A program made the translations under genes and the position numbers. A DNA stretch of 64,000 nucleotides from Podarcis liolepis (Eukaryota). The notes beneath the pieces were generated by a model. It was not told where the DNA came from and did no database searches. It saw nothing but the letters and a program-made list of their open reading frames with translations. Numbering within the stretch: the first letter of the stretch is position 1; each line of letters opens with the position of its first letter. Positions 52,701 through 61,700 of the stretch are shown piece by piece. The stretch lies in assembly GCA_965112155.1 (NCBI GenBank), contig OZ218100.1; one strand, written 5' to 3'.

Positions 52701-55700
52701 GAGGGAGATTGCTCTGGGTGAGAACGGATGGTGTTTTAAGGGTGATTAATGCATGAATTTCCCCCACTCAGTGGGTGAAATTCAACATCACACTATGCCA
52801 GGCTTCCTCAAACTCGGCCCTCCAGATGTTTTTGGCCTACAACTCCCATGATCCCTACCTAGCAGGACCAGTGGTCAGGGATGATGGGAATTGTAGTCTC
52901 AAAACATCTGGAGGGCCGAGTTTGAGGAAGCCTGCACTATGCCAATAACCCATCAGCAAAGGAATTTCTGCTTGTCAGATGCAACTATCTCCTTTTTCCT
53001 CCTTCTCCATGCTGTTCTGGGGGTTCCCCTGACCCTCCAGAGCAGATTTGAGAGAGGTGAAGGGGGAAGAAGAGGGGGAAATCTCTATTGAGCTAGCAGA
53101 AATCTTTGTGCTGGCTTCCATTAGCAAACTGAATCTGGCCCAATGCTCGAATCATCATTAGATGGCTTATAAGGGCACAATAGTCATCAGAAAGAACGCT
53201 GAGTCCTGCTGGGTTGAGGCCAAAGGCTTATCTAGTCCAGCATCATGTTCTCATAGTGGTTAATCAGATGCCCGCAAGAAGGACCTGTGCACAACAGCAC
53301 TTGTGATTCCCAGGAGCTGATATTCAGAGGCAAACTGCCTTTGACATTGGAGGTAGAACACAGCCATCCCCTTTCATTATTACTTCAAATGCATTTTTCC
53401 CCATGCAAGTCTTTTCATTCAGCAATGCATAGACTCTGAAGAGAAAAAAGGGCATTACTGACTAGTGCAGGAAGGCAAAAAAATGCAGGCCATGATTACC
53501 TGTAGCCATGCATTTGTTACACACAGAGATTTTTGTTTCTTAAAGAAGCAAAATAAATCCGCACAGATGGACTCTATATCTAGTCCTGTCCATATATAAT
53601 GGGTAATTAGGAGCTCCCACAATGTGAATGAACTGTGGAGAGCCTTGCACTGGAGATGGGAGGAGGCGGTTCAGTGTGGCTCATTCACATAGCTGGAAAC
53701 AATGGTTTCCTGTTACATCTGAACCAGCCATGATGATTTGTAAAGGAATTTCCGCTAAACATAGCATAACAATATAGTCCAAACCACTAACATGCTTATA
53801 CATGATTGCTAAGAAATATATGGGAGCAGGACAGTAGTCTAAGCCCAACAGTTACATTTCACCTACCTCTGCTGCTTCTTGCTGTTGCTTTACCACTGAA
53901 GGATCAATTCCAGCTCCTTCTAGTTCTCTGATAAAATCCTGAGTATCCTTAATAGTGGCTATGAGAGCCATGTGATCACACCAGAACTTCTCTGCTAATT
54001 CCATTGCATCAAGCAATTTGGCCTCCCTTTCTTCAGCCAGGGTATGGATGTCTTCCCACATAAAGACCATTTGATCCAACTTATCCTGAACCACTAGGAA
54101 GCAAAATATACACGGGCAGGTATATAAAGTTCTGCTTGTGGAAACTTGTTCATGCATTTATTTTGAAATGTAAAATTCTGAAGTCTACCTTTAGCAGATA
54201 TGTCCTTATCAGCGCCTTCTGAACGGGCAATCATCTCCTCCCCGCGCTGCTTGAGGGTTTCATAGACTGGCTGAAGTTTTTCAAGGTCGACAGACACGTT
54301 CTTATTTTCACCGATCTGTTCTTTAATCTTCTCAACCTCAGCTGAGATGGAAGGCGGTTGCCTCAAACGTTCAACAATGCGTTCTAGGCTCTCAGTGGTC
54401 GAATCTATCTTGTCATGGAACTATGCAGACAAATGGGGAGGAGGGAGAGAAGACTGGGTGAGTGACAGATTATTAGCAACATTTAAAAGGAATTGGGTCA
54501 AACCAGAAAAAAGCAAGTTATAGCTGAATGAACATGCTTAAAGCATCCTTAACTATTTTTGTGACTTTTTGTCTTTCTCAACAGATTTATGATCTTAGTT
54601 TAAGCAAAATTTATGTTTCCCAATCAAGATGTCCAAATCATATCTGTTTGTTAGTGAACTAGGCAGCTTTACAGTACAGACCAATTGTTATCTGTCTCAT
54701 CATCACCATGTATTAATACTATGTATTAATAGTTTCCTGAACATGGTTTTATAACACAGAGGGAATAACACATTTTTTTCTTTCACCTATCCTTTGCCAC
54801 AATGTGTTATGTCATTTAAAAAATGTCAGCAATTCACATTATTATTAAGTTTTATCCAATAAATATCCTCCTGCATTGGTTAATTACTGTTAACATTATG
54901 CGGCAGTGATTAATAGACATCGTATGAATGTAAGCATCTAGCTCCTAAGTAGGTAGGGTCAGAAAACTATAATGCAGTAGCATTACATTGGAAAGTTGGA
55001 AGTTGCTTCATGCCAAGTCTGACCAACAGTCAGTCACTGTCCCACCACCACTATTTTTGGCAAAGACACCTGGAGAAACCCTGGGCTGTCTTGACACCAA
55101 TTAGCCTCTTTGATTGTGTGCATGCATGAACAAATCACTATTATGTAGGATACTGGCTTTATTATTCAGGGGAAAACAATTCTGTAATTCCCAAATAGGA
55201 TAAGAATATTTCCATTTTTTAATTATGCCTTTCCTTCAAGGAACTTAATGGCACAGGGGGAAGGTTTGATTCACAAAAATACAATGCCCTTAATTCTTTA
55301 ACAGATAGGAAGAGCAAATTTATGTGCAATGATGGGCGTATTCACATATTTGGTGACGTAGTGTCTTGGCAAGTCCACTATGTATCTAGAGTCTATTGAT
55401 TTAAGATAACAACATCCTGCAGTTGGAATCTAATTGCTCTTCTAATAAATAATGTTACCTGGGTAGACTGAGAAATGGCTTCGTCCAGTGCCTGAGCTCG
55501 CTTTTTGACATCTTCTTTAATTCGACTATAAAGGGCATCAGCTGCTACATACTTCTCTTGGATTGAAAAACCTTCTCGCGGGCTCAGCTCCAGAAGCTGA
55601 GGTCCAGTTTTATTCATCTTATCTATATGAGGCTTGTGTTCAGCAATCAACTCTCGCAGTTGCTATAGCAAAGCAAAACACTTATCAGTATCTAACCCTT

Positions 55701-58700
55701 ACATCGCCACATTCCAGCTGTCTGTGCATCCAACACGTTCAGCTGGCAAGGTGGTCTAAATAAACAATCCCAGCTGCATGCTAAGACAAAGTATAACTCA
55801 TACTGGATATATCCATTTAGCCTTAGTGTTGTGTTTTCAGCTCTAGGCATATAATGTTTCCTTTATACTAGAAAAACAGCATTTTAGTCAACCAAGATAT
55901 TTAAAAGAACAGAATCTGGGAAGCAAAACAATATAACTAGTCAAAAGTATTCAGCCAGTTGTCCGGCACTCTAAATGATTTATTAAGTAATGGCATTCCA
56001 GAAGATACCAAATTGTTTAAATATGATTATAAATAGCTCGCTAGTGCTCGAGTGCTGTAACAAAAGCAAGCAAATCAAACCTCCAAGGTTACGTGAAGGA
56101 ATCATTTTAAGATCATCCAATATTTTTGAGACTCGTAGAAAATGTTGTGCATTAAAATGGAAGCAACGCACTGTTGCACATTTAAAGCATAACTTAACAG
56201 AACAAACTGTTATAGTTTTAAAGTTCACTTTTAGAAGGTGCTTCTGGGTACTTATTCTTTTGTTTGTCTCCAGTTTCTGTTGTATTCAGTATGCCTTCAC
56301 TACTACTCAATGAAGCTTTAGCTGATTTTTCTACCCAGAACACTCTCTATAATTAATCTCCAACTTTGCTAATATGAAGACAGCCATGTTTCTCTTTATT
56401 GCTGCACTCTGCCTAATCAGGAACCTCTGTCTTTTGTTAAGGCTGGAGGCAGAACTGAGTAACTGCTGGACTTTATGTTTCCAAAATTGGGGGTCAGCCA
56501 TCACCTCTTTCCCCAAAATCCTGGGTACAGACTGAGTCTGCAGCACCTATTCCAATCCAGCATGCAATCTCTCTTAAAACTGAATCAAAATGCAGACGTA
56601 GTGGCCACAACCATTTTTGTTGTTTGTTGCTGTCCCCCGCCCCCTTTTCCCCATTCTCTGCTTTACATAACATCCTGACTAAGAGTTCTGGAGAACTCAA
56701 AAGATTGTGATACTTTGGCTGGTCCAAATTAAGGTGTTTCCCAACTTTGGATTTTTGATTTTTTTTCCCTTAGGGAACACCACAGGTTGCTTTGCATTCC
56801 AGCTATTTTGGATACTGTTGAATATTCTCATTCCTTTAAAAAAAATGTAAATAATTTGTTCAGAGTTAGGCCACTAATTCACTAATCCACTTTTCACAAT
56901 GATTGCTCTGCCTTGAGAATAATCTCAAACTTGTGTTCATATTAAAATAGAAAATGTTTGTTTCATAATAAAATGAATTTTGGGTTGTTGTTTTTAACAG
57001 AGAGTAAAAAATATGTAAAATCTGATAAGTATTGGTTGGTTTGGTGAATATGACATGCTAAAGAGAGGGCTGCACTTCTTTTGACCTTTGGAATTAACAG
57101 CATTTTGTAAGACAACTGCAAACTTACCCGGTGCTCTTCTTGTTGTTGCTTTAGGGTTTCATATTCAAGAGCTGGTGCTGGAAGCTGTGATATTACTGTT
57201 TGTGTTTCCGTTAGCCATGGCCAAATCTCTTCATAAGTCTCCCAGAACTGACTGGCTAGAGACTGAGCTCTTTCTAGCTGCAGGTTCCTCTTAGAGTTCA
57301 TTTGACAGAGTGTATTATACTTCTGCAAGAGGTCTTCCAGCTTCTTCTATTAAAGAAATTACCAACAAACACCAGCATTTATATTTTGGTTGGAGACATT
57401 TACAAGATTACCATTGTGGCAGGTGACTAGTCTTGCTATATAACAGGGTGGGCAATCTTTTAGTCCTTTAGGGGGCAAGTAGGCAGGTGCTTGGGGGAGG
57501 CGTATCCCCCAAGGAGTTGTGGATTCAGCATTCCGGGTCCAATTCTATGGAACTCCCCCACGGTTGATATCAGGCAGGCCCTCTTTCCTGTTGAATTTTG
57601 AGTGTATACTGAAGGCCTTTTAAAATTTCAACAGGCATTTCAAGTAAGTTTTATGAACCTGCTGGATCAGGCCAATGGTCCATCTAGTCCCCCATCCTGT
57701 TCTCACAATGACCTGTGGAAAACCTGCATGCAAGATTCAAGCACAAGAGCACTTTTCCCTCCTCTGGTTTCCAGTAACTGGTATTCAGAAGCATCACTGC
57801 CTCCAACTGTGCAGAGCATAGCCATTATGGCTAATAGCCATTGATAGCTTTATGAATTTGTCTAATCCTCTTTTAAAGCCATGTAAGTTAGAGGCCATCA
57901 CTGCCTCCTGTGGGAGCAAGTTCCATAGTTTAACCACATGCTGCATGATGCAGCCAACTTGAGGCAGCTTAAGCTTTCAAGGCACATTTCAACCCCTCTT
58001 ACATAATCTTAGTGGGCTCCAGCAACATGGCTTAGGAATCCCTTACGCATGCAGATTTTCAAAGTTATTGGTAAGCAAGTGCAAATCATGCTCCATTACC
58101 TTCATGGTTTGTTTGTCCTCTTCCGTGCATGTCTTCATAATTTCATCCCCAGATGCAACAAGCTCTTCTATTGTATCTTTGTGTTTCAAAATCTCCATGG
58201 TAAATGCCTAATTACATAATACAATACTCTGGTATTAGGAATATGAGGACATAGAGCAAAAGCCTGCACTGTAATGGTTTGAAAATTAAATCATGGCAGA
58301 AAAAGTAATGGCCATTAATTATTGCATTACAGATGGAATCACATTTGTTCACCTTTTGAACTTGTAGCTGAGCAATGGTCTGGTCACGTTCAAGCCTAAT
58401 GTCACCCAGAGACATCAGTTTATTTTCTGTTTCCTCAACCCAGGCTAATTCAGTGTCGGCTGCTTGATCAAACTAAAGAAAATACAGAAAAAAAATAAAA
58501 AAGCAATTAATAAAAAAAAATAACTCCAACTGGATGCATAGAGGGTTTAAATGGAAAAGATATTTCAGAAAAGACATTTGATAAGATTCAGAGGTGCGGA
58601 TCATAGCTCAGTGGTAAGACTGCACTGGTTACATTTACACAGCCCCAAGTTTATGAGAACCTGTTTATATTTTGGATATCAGAACCAGTATAACCCTCAA

Positions 58701-61700
58701 TTGCAAAGCTGCCTCTAGGCCAGTTCTAGAATGGTGGGTATTTTAAGATGCAATGCTAAGGGAGTTGCACATAGCTAAGAATGTGTGTTGCAACACCTTC
58801 GGGAGGGGATAGAGGATGAAGCGATCAAGGTGTCAATGGCAACAAGATAGTGCCTGTTAACTTCCCTGCTAGACCATAAGCTTTCCACAGTTTGTGCATT
58901 TAGACCTGGAAGAGGAGATGTGGCCTCTTCACTTAAGAGATATGATGGAGGATGAGAGAAATCTGGGTATTCTTAAAGGGACAGGTAAGGCAAGGCAGAA
59001 TAGTGCAACATGCTTCAGTGGCATTGGTCAAACACATACAGAGTCAGAAAGGTAAAGATTGTAAGCAGTGGGCCAAATATCTTTGAATAGCAAGTGTGAT
59101 GTCTCTGTGCTAAGCTCAAAAGTATACGAAATAAACACAGTGATCATTCACAAATTACCGGTATATGCAACGATATAATTTTCCTCCCTTTGCTGTGATA
59201 ATTTAATGAAATAGGAGGGAAAAAACTTTGCCTTGAATGAAATTGAAACAAGTAGCTTCAAGCTTGCTGAAGAATTTTTGTTCAGCAGCTGCTGGCTAAA
59301 GTTTCCCTTTGAAGTTATTTTGTTGAAGAATAATGACTTTCAGGTCAGCAGCACAGCATCCTGGAATCAGTGCTAGTAGTTAAGAGTGTGAGGCTAGGTG
59401 GCTCGTTGCTGTGATTGAATATAATGCAGCTTCTTATAATAACCACACAGTTTGTTCTTATTTTATTAAATTCTAGGGCTCTCTGTGACACTGAGGAGTA
59501 TATCAAAATCAGCTTATTTCAGAAGTGTTACAAAGAGGAAGCAGGAAATGTCAGAGCCACATTATACTTTATACTTCAACCAGAATTCTCTGTCAAAATT
59601 CTCACAAACATCAAAGGTAATATTAATACTTGCTTTTCTTTAAACATCTCTTGCTCTTGTCCATCTTTAGGATTATTTCCCTGCCTCAATAGAGAGATTA
59701 TTTTTTAGTTAGGCTAGATCAATGGCATTAAAATCAATGGGCAGCAAAATAGGAATTGCTTCTTGGTAGAAGTTGACAGTCCAGTTGTGCGAACGCAAGT
59801 CTTGAGTATCTATAGCATACACATATTTCCCCCCTGAAAACCTTATCCTTTCAGAGACCACTAGTGGATTTCTTTCAAATGTCATTTTCCGAACATGCAT
59901 GGGAGAAGAGAGCAAGTTTGTGCCCACTGAGCTTCCCACCACCATGACAATACTACTGGCGGTACCCTGACTTCCACACTCTGGGGGAAGGTTCTAAAGA
60001 AGGGAGAGCCCGCTGTATGAACCCTGATCACACCCTGATCACAAAGATTAGCACCCTGATCACAAAGGGTTCTGACAGAGACAGAGCCTACACACAAAGC
60101 AGACTCCTCATTTCAGACCTTCCCTTTCAACATGTGGATGGCGCAGGGGAAGGGAAGCCAGGGTCTGTTATCCCACTAGGCACTGCTGTTATATGCAAAT
60201 GTTCCACCCTCAACTTTGTTTCTTCCCCTGGGCTCACCAGACCAGTTCTCAACTGAGCTCGAGAGCTTTGGAGAACTTTGAGAGCCTTCCCCATCCTGGT
60301 TCTTTCCAAACGCTTTAAAATATAGTTTCCATCACTGGCCATACTGACTGGGGCTGCTGTGATCTGGAGTCCAAATTATATTGAGGGCACCAAGTTAGAG
60401 AAGGCTACTGTAGAGCAATTGGTATGCTCGTGAAGCACAATATTTGAATGGTCTAGTTTAAGCAGACAAATAAATATACACAACAAGTTTCAACGTGAAT
60501 CATGTTCCTAAAAGAAAGAGGTAGAGAAACTGATACGGAGGATAACTGTTATTGGACCCAATCATGATGGTGGGAGCACATGCGACCTTTAGAGGTCATC
60601 AAAATTCTTCATTATGTCTGATGCTTTCAACATATGCTGGTTGAACAAGAAATAATCCTATTAAGCTGCTTGAGAAAGTTGATAATTTACATGTTTGTGG
60701 TGACAGAGTCACTTCCAACTGAAGGTGAAATTTAATGGATAAGCTGTCATATCTTATTCTTTAATTATGAATCATGACTGAAAAGCAAGTTACGTGGGTT
60801 GAGGTTTCTCCATGTTTTTCATGAGTAATTCTTTATCACACTGTTTAATCTATTTGAAACAAGCCACAAACATTTGCTGTCATCTCACATTTATAATCAG
60901 AGAAGGTACTTTTGGCCTGAACATTCTGTTTTGAAAGAGAGGCATATAAACTGAGTCATACTAAATTAAAGGGCCAACAAATTAGAAGCTCTAAAAAAGA
61001 AAAAGAAAACCTTCGAACAAAACACTGATGTGTATATTAAGCTCATTTTAATGCTGCCCACAACTGCAAATAATGTTTATATTTCCTGCAAAACTGCATC
61101 CACTGGCTACTGTACACATCTTTACTTCAACCATTCATTTACACAAGCTGATATATGACCTACATAGCAGCATAAATAATAAGTTACAGGGTTTGAGTTT
61201 ACAATTCTTTCTGTACTGAAATTCCCACTGAGATCACTGCATGATGCCACTCGTAATGCCTCTCAGTATGAGACTGATCTGTAATTTCTGTGTCAACTAG
61301 AAGACAGATGGCTACAACAATGAGTGGATTTGCTTTGGTCTAGGACTCATGTCTGACAACTATGACCAAGCTCTTTTCAAGTTTGGCCCCAGTTCTTGCA
61401 AAGACGTAGCATGCATGTGCCAATAATATGAACAGCAGCCTTTTCTTTTGGTACGGATTCCCAGATATACACCTGGATGTATTCCTTGAACAGATAAATA
61501 TACATATTTTTCCCCCTATCACGCATAGACTGAAATGAGAATTATGGTCATTTTTACCTGCTGTGATCTGAAAATGGCAGCATCAATTTCTTCCACTTTC
61601 TGAGTTATAGTGTCGCTCACTAATCTGTACCGTTCGTTGTCTTCTGTGATCATTTTGTCTATCCCTTCCCTTGCTCTCCATGGCACCAGTTCAAGCAAAG

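Noticed and set aside
58596-58650. tRNA-like tagctcagtggtaagac
   Set aside because: Only an A-box-like fragment with no complete cloverleaf; a decayed SINE head, not a tRNA gene.
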